Shown: in pieces, positions 38,815-52,200 of the stretch
Layout: each line of letters starts with the position of its first letter
Position numbering within the stretch: the first letter of the stretch is position 1
Assembly (NCBI RefSeq): GCF_006345805.1
Contig: NC_043011.1
Span: 8,742,001 to 8,806,000, forward strand
Source of the DNA: Octopus sinensis
Taxonomy: Eukaryota
DNA: 64,000 nucleotides
Direction: 5' to 3'
Notes under the pieces: model-generated
What the model was told of the DNA's origin: nothing
Database searches by the model: none
Seen by the model: the letters and a program-made list of their open reading frames with translations, nothing else
Made by a program: the position numbers and the translations under genes

Positions 38815-40128
38815 ATACACACACACACATATACGAACATCTATACTTACAAATAAACAGACAGACAGACAGACGCACACAGCTTGTTATGCAATTCTGT
38901 TAAAAAAGAAAGAAAAAAATTGGTCAATTACAAAAGGCATGGCAGAAGAAGAAAAAAGAAAAAAAACATCTTTCCAGTGTACCGCACAGTGGGATCGAAA
39001 CCAGGAAAGTAAGGCTGTGAAGCGATCCTCTTAACGACACGGCCAAACCTAAACCTGTTTATTTACAAGTTAAACAACTTGAAAACCTTACAAATAGACA
39101 TGGTTTGTAGGTCACAACGACGCAAACCTGATATTTCTGGTTTTGTGCTCTGCCAAGCTTTGCTTTCATTTCTGATGTGTTTTTCTAAGAAAAACAACGA
39201 AATTTCGTTTATTATTCACAGTAACAGTTCTGCATTTTATCTTATTTGTATTATTTTTTGTCTAATTATTATTTTTGTTTCGCTTTTATTGTCTCAGTCA
39301 CTTGACTGCGGCAACACTGGGGCACTGCCTTGAGGTGTTTAGTTGAACAAATTGACGCCAAAGGTTATTTTCTAAAACCTAGTATTTATTCTATCTGTCT
39401 GTTTTGCTGAACCGCTAAGTTACGGGGACGTAAACACAGCAACATCTGTTATCAAGCGCTGATCAGGGACAAACACACACACACATATATATGACGGGAT
39501 TCTCTCAGTTTCCGTCTCCCAAATCCACTCTCGGTCTGAGGCGAGAGTAGAAAACACTTGTGCAAGGTGCCACGCAGTGGGACTGGACCCAGGGCCATGT
39601 GGTTGAGAAGCAAGCTTCTTACCACACAGCTACGCCTTCACCTGTATGTATATATATATATACACACACATACATACATACTTACATACATACAGGCACA
39701 TTAAAAGCACCCTGTGCCAGTGGCATGTTAAAAGCACCATCCGTACGTGGCCGTTGCCAGCCTCCCCTGGCACCTGTGTCAGTGACACGTAAAAAGCATC
39801 CACTACACTCACAGGGTGATTGGTGTTAGGAAGGGCATCCAGCTGTAGAAACACTGCCAGATCAGACTGGAGCCTGGTACAGCCTCCTGGCTTCCCAGAT
39901 CCCGGTCGAACCGTCCAACCCATGCTAGCATGAAAAACGGACGTTAAACGATGATGATGATGATGATGATGATATATGAGTTGTATTAAATACATATATG
40001 CATATGTGTGTGTGCATGTGTGTGTGTGTGTACGTGATTATGTATGTGTTGATGGTTGCGTGAAGTTGTTTTGCAGGCAGGTTTGTAAGTGAACATGCAT
40101 TTGTTTACGTGTATCTGCATGTGCATGC

Positions 40129-40168
<40 letters not shown>

Positions 40169-40455
40169 AAAGATAAACTTGCTTGGAAACGGATGAGTGG
40201 TGTTCAATCAAATAACATCACCATCATCGTTTAATGTCCGCTTTCCATGCTAGCATGGGTTAGACGATTTGACTGAGGACTGGCGAACCTGATGGCTGCA
40301 CCAGGCTCCTATCTGATCTGGCAGAGTTTCTACAGCTGGAGGCCCTTCCTAATGCCAACCACTCCGTGAGTGTAGTGGGTGCTTTTACGTGCCACTGGCA
40401 CGAGGGCCAGTCAGGCAGTACTGGCAACGGCCACACTCAAATGGTGTTTTTTACG

Positions 40456-40498
<43 letters not shown>

Positions 40499-41467
40499 TA
40501 TACGCATGCATACATGGGTACAGGACGCCGCCAACAGCAAACAACATGAAATACGGGAACAAATGAGTTCGATACGCAAACAACGAGAGAAACAAATGGG
40601 AAACAGGACAAGTAACATAAAGAACGGCCCTTCATCAGTTGTCGGCTGTCTGTCTACTCCTCATTTCGAGCATTTATATTATGTATATATATGTGTGTGT
40701 GTGTGTGTGAGTTAAATTTTATTTGTTTCGGTTATTAGACGGCGGCCATGCTGGAGCACTGCCTTGAAACATTATATTATCTTCTACTTCTTTCAGTCAT
40801 TGAACTGTGATCATGCTGGGGCACCACCTTGAAGGGGAGTAGCCGAACAAGTCAGAGATTATTTTTTAAGACTGGTATTTAATTCTATTGGTGACCTTTG
40901 CCGAACTGCTACGTTACCAGGAACGTAAACAAGCCAACACCTCTCATCAAGCGGTAGTGGGAACAAACACAAGGACACGCACACGCATGCGACGGGTTTC
41001 CACACAGTCTCCACCTACGAAATTCGCTCGCCAGATATCGATAAAGACTCCTGGCTAACGTGCTGTGCATTGGGATCGAACTCAAAACCATATGGCTACA
41101 AAACGAGTTTCTTGACAAAACAACCACTCCTGCGCCAATAAGATTTTAATTAGATTCCCTCATTACAGGCAACGGATAGAATTAAACGCTAGTCAAGGTT
41201 ATGTATTGTTGTCAACATACACCATTATGCATGGCCATGGGGCATTGGGTGTGTCTGTGTGTCTGCTTTGAATGTAATCAAACTTTTTTCTTAGAAACTC
41301 ATCCGAGCTTTTTAAAGAGAATTTCGCTTTTAATTTCTTTCCTTCCTTCTTTCTATCCTTTCTTTATTTCTTTCTTTCTATCTTTCTTTCTTTCTGTCCT
41401 TTTCTTCTTTCTCTCTTCCTTTCTATCCTTCTCTTCCGTTCCTTCCTTTCTTGACACAATGTGTGCA

Positions 41468-41498
<31 letters not shown>

Positions 41499-41999
41499 TG
41501 TGTGTGTGTGTGTGTGTGTGACCGTGTGACCGTGTGACTGTGTGACTGTGTGAGTGTGTGTGTGTGTGAATGTCTCCTTGCTTTGACTTCATGTTACAGC
41601 TGAAAAAAAGACTGCCACCGTCATACAAGTGGTACCCTTCGTTTCCAATTTTCCCTCGAAAAAAAAAACACGTCTGGCCCTAAGAAAATATTAACCCTAC
41701 AAGGTGAGGGTTGACGAGAGGAAAGGCATCCAGCTGTACAAAACCCGACTCAACGGAGACCCTCCGTCCCATGCAAGCATGGAGAAATAACATTGATGAT
41801 GATAGGTGTGTGCGTGTGTGAAGACGCGTGGCTCAGTGGTTAGGCGATGGCACTCATGACTTAATGATTGTAGGTTCGATTTCCGAGCTGAGCAGTACGT
41901 TTTGTTCTCAAGCAAAGCACTCCAATTTATGTTGTCCCAGTTCACTCAGCTGCAAATGGATCACCCTGTGACGGAATAGCCTTCTGATCAATGGATGGG

Positions 42000-42275
42000 G
42001 CTATGGGAAATGAAGAAGGCTGGAGATAGTGCCAGTTACTGTTGGGTCCTTGGGGACAGTATCAGAAGGCATCAAGAGGAATATTAAGGAAATTGGAATA
42101 GAGTGCCCAGTAGAACTGTTACAAAAGGTTTGCCTCCTTAGCACGGCCAGAATAAATAGGGAAATATTAGACAGCTGAAAAGACCGGATAGCATGGTACC
42201 GTGGGCTGCAGGTAGTAAGCCCGCCGCTACGCATGCAAGACTCCAGGAGCTCCAACAAAACCCGTCTGTAATAAA
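42000..42275 (+). mobile_element. 3' end of an R4/Dong-like (restriction-like endonuclease) non-LTR retrotransposon
   Basis: EIVPVTVGSLGTVSEGIKRNIKEIGIECPVELLQKVCLLSTARINREILDS* resembles the V.P.V.GALG...LQK..LL.TA.I.R C-terminus. Confidence 0.65.
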
Positions 42276-42957
42276 GAGAAAAAAAAATCCTTTCTATTAT
42301 AGGCACAAGGCCAGCAATTTCAGAGGAAGTGGTAAGTCGATTACATCGACCTCAGTACGTAAATGGTACTTGTTTTATCGACCCCGAAAGGATGTAAGGC
42401 AAAAATCAACCTTGGCAGAATTTGATCTCAGGCATAATAAGGTTAGTAATTTCGGGCGAGGGGGCAAGTCAATTGCATTGACCCCCAGTGACCAGCTAAT
42501 ACATTTTTTATCAACCCCGAGATGATGAAAAGCAAAGTCAACCTCGGTGGCATTTGAACTAAAAAATGTCGTCGATGAGGCTTCGTTAAGCTAGACACAG
42601 AAACAACCAGTAACAAGGGGGGGGGGTCGGGTCGGTGTATTAATTATTTTCGCTTCATTCAACTCTTACACTGTAAGAGCGAATACGATCGACCATCCAA
42701 CCTGCCAGTCTCCTTTCCTGCCGAACCGGAAGTTCCTTTTTTCTTATTTCTTTATTGCCCACAAGGGGCTACACACAGAGGGGACAAACAAGGACGGACA
42801 AACGGATTAAGTTGATTACATTGACCCCATTGCGTAACTGTACTTAATTTATCGACCCTGAAAGGATGGAAGGCAAAGTCGACCTCGGCGGAATTTGAAC
42901 TCAGAACGTAACGGCAGACGAAACCATGTTTTATGGTATGTCTATTTACTTCTGTAA

Positions 42958-43574
42958 TGTGTGTGTGTGTGTGCGTGTGTGTGCGTGCGTGTGTGTGTGT
43001 GTGTGTGTTGTGTGTGTGTGTGTGTGTGTTGTGTGTGTGTGTGTGTTGTGTGTTGTGTGTGTGTGTTGTGTGTGTGTGTGTTGTGTGTGTGTGTGTTGTG
43101 TGTGTCTGTGTGTGTGTGTGTGTTGTGTGTGTGTGTGTGTTGTGTGTGTGTGTGTGTTGTGTGTATGTGTGTGTTGTGTGTGTGTGTGTTGTGTGTGTGT
43201 GTTATGTGTGTGTGTGTATGTGTGTTGTGTGTGTTGTGTGTGTGTGTTGTGTGTGTGGTGTTGTGTTGTGTGTGTGTGTGTGTGTGTTGTGTGTGTGTTG
43301 TGTGTATGTGTGTGTTGTGTGTGTGTGTGTGTGTCTGTGTGTGTATGTGTGTGTTGTGTGTGTGTGTGTTGTGTGTTGTGTGTGTGTGTTTTGTGTGTGT
43401 ATGTGTGTGTGTCTGTGTGTGTTGTGTGTGTGTGTGTCTGTGTGTGTATGTGTGTTGTGTGTGTGTGTGTTGTGTGTTGTGTGTGTGTGTTGTGTGTGTG
43501 TGTCTGTGTGTGTTGTGTGTGTGTGTGTCTGTGTGTGTATGTGTGTGTTGTGTGTGTGTTGTGTGTGTGTGTGT
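42958..43574. repeat. ~620-bp interrupted (TG)n microsatellite
   Basis: Direct inspection. Confidence 0.97.
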
Positions 43575-43836
43575 ATAAACACATTTTTCTTATTTGCGCG
43601 TTGTATTTACAGCTGTCTCCACTATCTCTCTCTGTATCTATTCGCCTTACGTAACGATCCTTCTCGTAAGCGTGATTACACATCCTAGATATGGACGTCA
43701 TTACACTGTTATATCAGTTACATAACAGCATTAAAACACGTGCTCCGTGTGACAGCATTTTACACAATTTACCTTATCATGGGACCTTATCATGAAAGTC
43801 GTTTACATATATGCAAATTGTGTGGAGCGCACGATG

Positions 43837-45186
43837 TGTTTGCAGGGAACAGTGACGGGGTTGGGGGTGTGGGTACACTTCTTGTGGAGAAATGGGTAGA
43901 TAAGGTAATTGAGGTAGTCAGAGTATGCGACAGAATACTTAAGATTAGATTAGTGCTCCATCATGGGTTAGCAACCATTATCTCGGCCTATGCCCCTCAG
44001 CCAGGGCTACCCGATGGACAGAAAGACCGATTCTATGACACCCTCTTGCAGACTACCACGTTGACGAATGACAGGGACCTTCTCTTTGTGGCTGGTGACT
44101 TCAATGGACATGTTGAACAACATGTCGGGGGCTTCCATGGCATACATGGAAGCTAAGGTTTTGGCTCTCACAATGAGGAGGGAACCAGGCTGCTAGAGTT
44201 CTGTGATGCAAATGATCTTATGGTTTGCAATACTAACTTCAGGAAACCTGCCAGTCACCTAGTCACCTACTGCTCTGGCAGACACACTAGCCAAATTGAC
44301 TACATCCTCACCAGAAAAAGGGAAAGATGGCTGCTTATAAATGCCAAAACCTTCCCAGGCGAAGAATTTACCCCACAACATAGACTGTTAGTTAGTGACT
44401 TCAGGAGCAGGGCTAAATGGATGCCCAGAAGACGACCAGCAAGTAGAAGAAGGGTCTAGAGACTTAAAGATCCTGCAAATGGACAGAGATTTAGAGACAT
44501 ATTAATCGAAGCCTTTGACGAAATAGAAGGGGATATAGCTTCATACGATATTGAAGACAACTGGAGGTTTCTACCGGACAACCTGCTAAGGGCCACTGAC
44601 CAGATCTTTGGATGGTGCAAAGTCCCCTCTCGACCCAAAATAACGTGGTGGTGGAGCAATGTTGTTGACAGGGCTATTAGAGAAAAGAAACAGGCTTGGA
44701 GGGACTGGAAGAATGGTGGTATCAGGGAATTGTATCAGACTGCTAAAAGGGAAGCTAGGAGGCAGGTTTATTTAGCCAGAGGGGAAGCAGATAAGAAAAA
44801 ATTTGCCAATGTTCTGCGCCGTGAGGACCAAAGACTTAAGGTATTTCGTGTTGCAAGACAGTGTGTGAGAGAGAATCGTGATGTGGTAGGAGAGAAATGT
44901 GTCCGCATGGATGATGGTTCACTTGCGCTAAATGAGGCTGCAAAGAGAGAGGTTTGGAGACGCTATTATGAAAGGTTGCTGAACAAAGAAAATGAATGGG
45001 AGATCCCTTATCTCGTGATCAATGAGGAAACTAGGGATGGATGAATGGTTAGTGAGAGCCGTGCAAGCCATGTACAGGGACGCTGTCAGTAAGGTGAGGG
45101 TTGGCAACGAGTACACTGAAGAATTCAGGGTAGAGGTAGGGGTCCACCAAGGTTCAGTCCTCAGCCCCCTCCTATTTATCATAGTC
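43837..45186 (+). mobile_element. RTE-clade LINE relic: APE endonuclease and linker, joined by internal deletion to an RT fragment
   Basis: GVGGVG, IISAYAPQ, VAGDFNGHV, SQIDYIL, QHRLLVSDF; jumps at ~45000 from ENEWE to the RSLI..RKLG / VGVHQGSVLSPLLF region. Confidence 0.92.
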
Positions 45187-45487
45187 TATATATAGATATA
45201 GATATAGGCCTGTGTTCTTGGCATACAAACTGTTAAATTTAACTGCTTTTCCATAGATCGCAAAGAAAGAGAATTCTTAATCGGTGTTCGACCCTTATGA
45301 AGTCTTATCAGATGTCTACAACACTTGACCAATTCCAGAGAAATACACACACACACACACACTCACATGCACGCACACAATGTACAAACACATACACACA
45401 CAACTATAGGGATGTAAAAATCTCCACGAAAGCTGTTCTGATAGATTTTTAAGAGCCAGAATGAATGCGTCATGTACGATTCCAAGA

Positions 45488-45543
<56 letters not shown>

Positions 45544-45974
45544 ATCCAATGGCACTCTGCTGGTTTGTCTGGGAGAAAGGAACAGCAAGAGACGGTGTAC
45601 TTTAAAAGTTTGTCATCACTAAATTGAGACCAACGAAGCCATTGCGGCTACCACGATAGCGTCTCGTACACACATCGCTCAGCCTATTTCACCAGATTTG
45701 GGACTTCATCGTAATCCTACAGATAATTTTGCTGTTGCTCTTCTTGTTGTTGTTGTTGATATTTAAACAAAGATAACCGCAACGGTCACAACCCTGTACA
45801 AGTGCACTGATATAGGCGACCTCTCGTTGTATGATTTAGTTCTCCCAAATGTAAACATTTTGTCTTATAAAACAGATGTTCAGTTGACACGCCATGCTTA
45901 CAAGGTTGTGCGATAAACACGCTCGTTTCGCAACTACTTTGCTTCAAGTTCAATCTTCCCTTGCGTTGAACCAC

Positions 45975-46214
45975 CTTTTGTTACCAGGTTACAACCATTT
46001 ATTACCATATTTCTGTTGAGATGCTCTGTGTTTCTTTCAATTAATTTTAAATATAACAAAGAATTTAGTAAAACAACTTAGTTATCATTAAGCTAGTGTT
46101 AGGAACATAAATTGTGACTAAGGTTTGGAGGAAGATATTAATTCAAAACTTTTGAAACCAAGAGGCTTGTACTACAGAGCCAGAGGCAGTTTCAGGCGGG
46201 TTGGTAACAAAAGG
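45975..46214. mobile_element. MITE with ccttttgttacca TIRs (piggyBac-like ends)
   Basis: ccttttgttacca at ~45975 and tggtaacaaaagg at ~46202-46214. Confidence 0.5.
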
Positions 46215-47399
46215 ATCTGTTATCATATTTCTTTTTTAAAACTACCTGAGTCTGGTGAGGGAAATTTAAGAGATCGAATCTGTGTAGAGGTGGAAGTGCT
46301 TCGGCCTAGTGTCTATGGTGTTGCACTTACAATCGTAAAATCGTGGTTTCGATTTCCAGCCGAGTGGTGTGTTGTGTTCTCGAATAAAACACTCCCATTT
46401 CATGTTAGTCCTGTTCACTCAACCGTAAATGAGTGACCATGCGACAGACTGACATCCTGTTTAGAGAAAACGTTCTGCTCTCGGTCTCACTTCTACGCCA
46501 TGGAAACCGATGACCGGCCCTACGCATCCTTGGGCTCGAGTTAATGTGAGTTAATGTTGATAATGATGATGGTGGTGATGATGACAATGATGATGATGAT
46601 TATGATGAATCTGTGTAGAGGCGTGTAGAAGTGACTGTTCCTGTTTTGGGAGTGGTAGACTTAAAGCGTCGTTCTGATCTGGATTGAATTGTGGTTTATT
46701 ACTGTGAAGTTGGGGTCAGCTCTGTTGCAAGCATTTGGGTCAGGTGATTTATGTAGGTACATAGTCTTCTCTCCTTCTCTCACACCAGTGACGGAGGCAC
46801 TAAAAAGGTCCAAAGGAGCTACTCGTCCCCTTTAGGCTAAGACATTAAAAACTTCAATAAAAATCCTTTCTACAACAGGTACAATGTCTGACATTTTGGT
46901 GGGAAGGAGCTTGGCATCAGCGCTAAACTGGGACTTATATTATCGACTCCACAAGGATGAAAAGCAGCGTTGACCTCGGTGGAATTTGAACTTAAACAAC
47001 ATCAACAACAGAAACAGTAACATCAATGTGAACGGCAGCAGCAACAACAACAACAACATAAAAAAAATGCAGGCAGAGACGAAAAGTATGAAAGTCGGAG
47101 CTGTCGGTATTCAATAAGATCATATCCCATAATGCTATTACGAAGATTTGGAACTCTTGGTCGGGCTCTTGAAGTGATTCGACATCAAGGGAAACTACCA
47201 CGTTAACAGTGACGACGTCTATGCGAGACGGAGTGATGAAAGGAGAAGCAGAGGTGTGAGGTGAATGCAAACAACCTTCGAATGTTGTATCAAATCACTC
47301 GGGGGAAACTTACAGAGCAGCAAATGGGAAAATGTCCTCATTTATTTAATGGCACTCCATCGCTTACGACGACAAGGGTGAAGCAGAAAATAAGAAGTC

Positions 47400-49765
47400 T
47401 GCCAATGTCCAGCGATGTGTGGACCAAAGAACTGAGGTATTTCGGATTGCAAGACAGTGTGTGAGAGAAAATTGTGATGTCAGAGGAGAGAAATGCATCC
47501 GCATGGATGATGGTACACTTGCTTTCAATGTTTCAATGTTTCTGAAAAGAAAGAGGCTTGGAGAAGCCATTATGAGAGACTGCTGAACGTGGAGAATGAA
47601 TGGGAGGAGGAGAGCCTGCCAAATGTTGACCTAGTAGAGGGACCAGCTATCCGAATAGACAGCTCCCTAGTAGTTAAGGCAATTAAGGGTATGAAACCAG
47701 GAAAAGCCCCCGGCCCATCAGGAAACACAGCTGAGATGCTTAAAACATCTGGTTGTGTGGGCTATGGCCTAGTCACCTGCATTGTAAACCAGGTAGTTCA
47801 TAATGGAGTCATACCCAATGACTGGCGTAGCAACACCATAGTCAACTGCTACAAAGGCAAAGGTGATGCTCTAGATAGAAATAACTACAGGGGTATTAAA
47901 CTGTTGGATCAGGTGATGAAGGTCACAGAGAGGGTTATAGCCCATCTCATAAGGGAGGGAGTTTGCTTAGATGAGATGCAGTTCGGTTTTGTGCCGAGTA
48001 GAAGCACCACTGATGCAATATTCCTGGTTCGACAACTGCAGGAGAAATACCTAGCTAAAGATAAACCCCTCTACATAGCTTTCGTGGACTTGGAGAAAGC
48101 CTTTGACAGGGTCCCCCGATCCCTTATCTGGTGGGCGATGCGGAAACTGGAGATTGACGAATGGTTAATAAGGGTTGTACAGGCCCTATACAGAGAGGCT
48201 GTCAGCAAGGTTAGGATTGGCAATGAGTATAGTGAAGAATTCCGGGTAGAAGTAGGGGTCCACCAAGGTTCAGCCCTCAGTCCCCTTTTATTCATCATAA
48301 TCCTCCAGGCAATAACAGAGGAATTCAAGACGGGTTGCCCCTTGGAGCTCCTCTATGCTGTTGACCTGGCTCTCATAGCAGAATCACTACCGGAACTGGA
48401 AAATAAATTTCGGGTGTGGAAGCAAGGTTTAGAATCAAAGACCAAAGTTACAGTAAGCAGAAAGGTGAACTCATCACACACCCCCTCGGGCAGGTGGCCA
48501 TGCTCAATCTGTAGGAAAAGTGTAGGTAGAAACTCCATAAGATGTATCCAGTGTAAGCTATGGACGCATAAGAGGTGCAGCAACATCAAAGGAAAATTAA
48601 CTGATAAGATAGCCTTCATGTGCAGCAGATGCACAGGGGCAATAGACACCACAGATACTCAGAAAACAGATTCCATCACACTCCAGTGGGAGAAACTAGA
48701 AGTAGTTGATAGTTTCTGTTACCTAGGTGACCAAGTTAGTTGTGGAGGTGGATGCTCAGAGAGTGTCACCACTAGAATACGAATAGCCTGGGCAAAGTTT
48801 AGGAAGCTTCTTCCCCTACTGATGACAAAGGGTCTCTCGCACAGAGTGAAAGGTAGATTGTACGATGCATGTGTGCGTACTGCCATGCTTCATGGTAGTG
48901 AAACATGGGCTGTGACTACAGAGGACATGCGTAGGCTTGAAAGAAATGAAGCTAGCATGATCCACTGGATGTGTAATGGCAGTGTGCACACACGACAGAG
49001 TGTAAGCGCCCTGAGAGAAATGCTGGACATAAGAAGCATCAGATGTGGTGTGCAAGAGAGACGTTTGTACTGGTATGGTCATGTACTGCAGATGGATGAG
49101 GAGAGATGTGTGAAGAAGTGCCTCTCCCAAACAGTTGAAGGTATCAGGGAGAGAGGTAGACCCAGGAAGACATGGGATGAGGTGGTCAAGCATGACCTTC
49201 GAACGTTGGGCCTCACAGATGCAATGTCGAAAGACCGAGATCTCTGGAGATATGCTGTGACTGCAAAGACCCGGGCTGCTTCCTGCACCAGTTTCGCATA
49301 GCCCCAGCCCATCCAATGTACTTAGGATTGCAGAACGACCTGCTGTGCTTACCTTGGATCGTAGGGTGACCTGCTGTGTTTGAGGAGACCTACTGAGTCA
49401 AGTACATCAATATCAAAATAAATATCAAATGGAAATTGTAGTTACGATACCTGTGCCGGTGGCACGTAAAAAGCACAATCCGAACGTGGCCGATGCCAGC
49501 GCCGCCTTGACTGGTTTCTGTGCCGGTGGCACGTAAAAAACACCAACCGATCGTGGACGCTGCCAGCCTCCCCTGGCACCTGTGCCGGTGGTACGTAAAA
49601 CGCACCCACTACACTCACGGAGTGGTTGGCGTTAGGAAGGGCATCCAGCTGTAGAAACACTGCCAGATCAGACTGGAGCCTGGTGCAGCCTCTTGGCTTC
49701 CCAGACCCCAGTCGAACCGTCCAACTCGTGCTAACGCGGAAAACGGACGTCAAACGATGCTGATG
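47400..49765 (+). mobile_element. 5'-truncated RTE-clade LINE: 570-aa open RT frame (47589-49301), 3' UTR and (GAT)n-like tail
   Basis: KAPGPSG, NYRGIKLL, QFGF...STTDAIF, FVDLEKAFDRV, GVHQGSALSPLLF; catalytic YADD reads YAVD; PHD-like Cys/His cluster after the RT core. Confidence 0.95.
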
Positions 49766-49770
49766 ACATA

Positions 49771-49947
<177 letters not shown>

Positions 49948-50039
49948 GAAATGAGGTAATCAGAAGATCGGATGGTTTATATTTACAGATATTTATTTAT
50001 ATATTACATTTTTTACATATATATCATATCACTGAGATC

Positions 50040-50076
50040 ATTAGCGCTTTTTCCCATTCTAGTGGGGTTTTCAAAT
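50040..50076 (-). ncRNA. Degenerate hammerhead-like motif (G12->A) in a short (TA)n-adjacent element
   Basis: Homologous to 19146-19182 but GAAA reads AAAA. Confidence 0.35.
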
Positions 50077-50200
50077 CAAAATAATTCCTTTGTGGGGAAT
50101 TCTAATCATTTTATAGAGTTTCGTAGTGGTGGGGAGGAACAAGACAGCACAAGAGGGTGAGGTGGATGGAGAGGAAGTGATAGAGAGAACATGTGTGTAT

Positions 50201-50234
<34 letters not shown>

Positions 50235-50795
50235 TGTGTGTGTGTGCGTTTGTATCTGAGGCTAAAGAGTGCTAAAGAGAAAGAGGGGAAGGGAGAGGGA
50301 AGAAGAATGTAAGAATTTCCTTTGGTCTGCTGGACAGAACACCGACTCCAAGGGGGTTCTAAGAATTTCAGCTTTGACCACTTCACAGTGCCACTGAGTG
50401 TGTGGTGGTGGGTAGGCAGGCAGGCCATAAATTACACCTTTTATCATTTTGAGGATGGTCAAATGCCGTATGGGGCTTAAGAACTCTTTCCACTTTTTAT
50501 GATCGTTTTTTGGAGGTGTGCGTGTGTGTCTGTGTGTGTGTCTGTGTGTCCGTGTGTGTTGTGTGTGTGTGTGTGTGTGTGTTGTGCGTGTGTGTGTGCG
50601 TGTGTGTGTGTGTCTCTGTGTGTTTGGAGAAGGGGAGAGAGACAAAAAGAGAAAAGGGAAAATAAAAATAAAAATAAAAATAAAATATATAATTCAGGGT
50701 GAATACTTGATAATTGTAAGCTCCTGTATATGCCAGTTAGTGGTGTAGGTGATAGAGTATATTTATCAAAAGAAAAACATGATGCAAAGGATTTA

Positions 50796-50883
50796 GCGGT
50801 ACATATGTTTCTGGCTTTTATTAGACAGTTTATATCAATGCATAATTGATGTAATATGTATGTCAATAGCCTTCTTCAGCCGC
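50796..50883 (-). ncRNA. Type I hammerhead ribozyme with long stem II
   Basis: Minus strand: GCGG CUGAAGA A GGCU...AGCC A GAAA CAUAUG UA CCGC. Perfect 4-bp stem I, palindromic stem III ACAUAUGU. Confidence 0.7.
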
Positions 50884-51484
50884 GCACAATTACTACTCCA
50901 AGGACATGTATTACATTATAAGTTTGGGAAAAAGACGATTGCACCAAAACAAAAACAAAGCGTCCATCCCGTTTTTCACTCGATGTAGAATTTTTTTCTG
51001 TACCCTACGTTATCTTCCGTCCACCCTTTTATTTCTTTACCCCCTTATATTTCTTTTTCCCTTTATATTTTATTTTTATTTTCTATTTTTTATCGTTATT
51101 TTTCGTCTTTATTTTTTTTCGCTTCTTTATCTTTATTTATATTCCCATGTTTTTTCACGTCTTCGTATATTTATATATTTATATATTTATATACTTTTTA
51201 TATTTTTATATTTTTTATATTTTTTTTCATTTTTACTCTTTTACTACATTTTCCACCCACCACTCTTCCTCTTCGTGATCCCTAACTCATTAAAGATTCA
51301 CCCCCCTCCAACTCTTTCCCTCTTTATCTCAACATCCAACCTCCTCATTCTACATCGAGTGAAAAACGGGATGGACGTTTTGTTTTTGTTTTCCCAAGTC
51401 AATTAATACATTAAAACTAAAATGTAATACATGTCCTTGGAGTAGTAATTGTGCGCGGCTGAAGAAGGATATTGACATACATAT
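50853..51484. mobile_element. Inverted-repeat structure (~135-bp arms) of a PLE-like insertion
   Basis: 50853-50990 is mirrored at 51347-51484; the right arm carries only the CUGAAGA half of the hammerhead. Confidence 0.75.
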
Positions 51485-51506
51485 TTTTCTTTTGAAATAT
51501 ATATAA

Positions 51507-51591
<85 letters not shown>

Positions 51592-51609
51592 CACACACAC
51601 ACACACACG

Positions 51610-51635
<26 letters not shown>

Positions 51636-51640
<5 letters not shown>

Positions 51641-52200
51641 GGGTGAAAAAATTGGATATTAATTTAATAATACCATCAATTTAACACCAAGTGGCTTAGC
51701 GCATGAAAACTAGGGATACAATAAAAATTTATACACAAATATAAGAAAGTGACCACTATATGGTCGACTCTTGCGCTAAAAATAGATCCGCTATGGTATC
51801 AAGCACTAAAAATTGTTTCCAAGGAGAATCAGCACAACATTTAACGTAAACGAGCAGGGCAAATGAAAAATAACAAAAATGTAGATTAATTCTAGACAAT
51901 TGTTTCGCTATTAATGTATTTTACTTACATAACATATCCATAGGTCATCAGTAGAATTTGTCTTGAATACAATTTATTAAACCGCACGCTAAATTTTAAC
52001 AACGTCAAACACACGTGTGGTTTAGTCGATTATACTCGCAGTTATGATTCAAATTCCCTCGCTAAAGCGCGCTAAGACTTCCGGAAACAAATATATTTGT
52101 GTATAAATTTTTATTGTATCCCTGGTTGTTATGCGCTAAGCCACTTGGTGTTAAATTGATGGTATTATTAAATTAATATCCAATTTTTTCACCCTTATTT
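51636..52200. mobile_element. Inverted-repeat structure (~107-bp arms) of a second PLE-like insertion
   Basis: aataagggtgaaaaaattggatatt...atacacaaatata (51636-51742) is mirrored at ~52092-52199. Confidence 0.8.
51888..51958 (-). ncRNA. Type I hammerhead ribozyme, GUC triplet
   Basis: Minus strand: AAUUCUA CUGAUGA C CUAU...AUAG C GAAA CAAUUG UC UAGAAUU. 7-bp stem I, palindromic stem III ACAAUUGU, C.C mismatch at 10.1/11.1. Confidence 0.8.

Noticed and set aside
49440-49620. Short repeats with spacers (gtggcacgtaaaaagcacc) resembling a CRISPR array
   Set aside because: Spacers are related to each other, the context is a eukaryotic LINE 3' UTR, and there are no cas genes.
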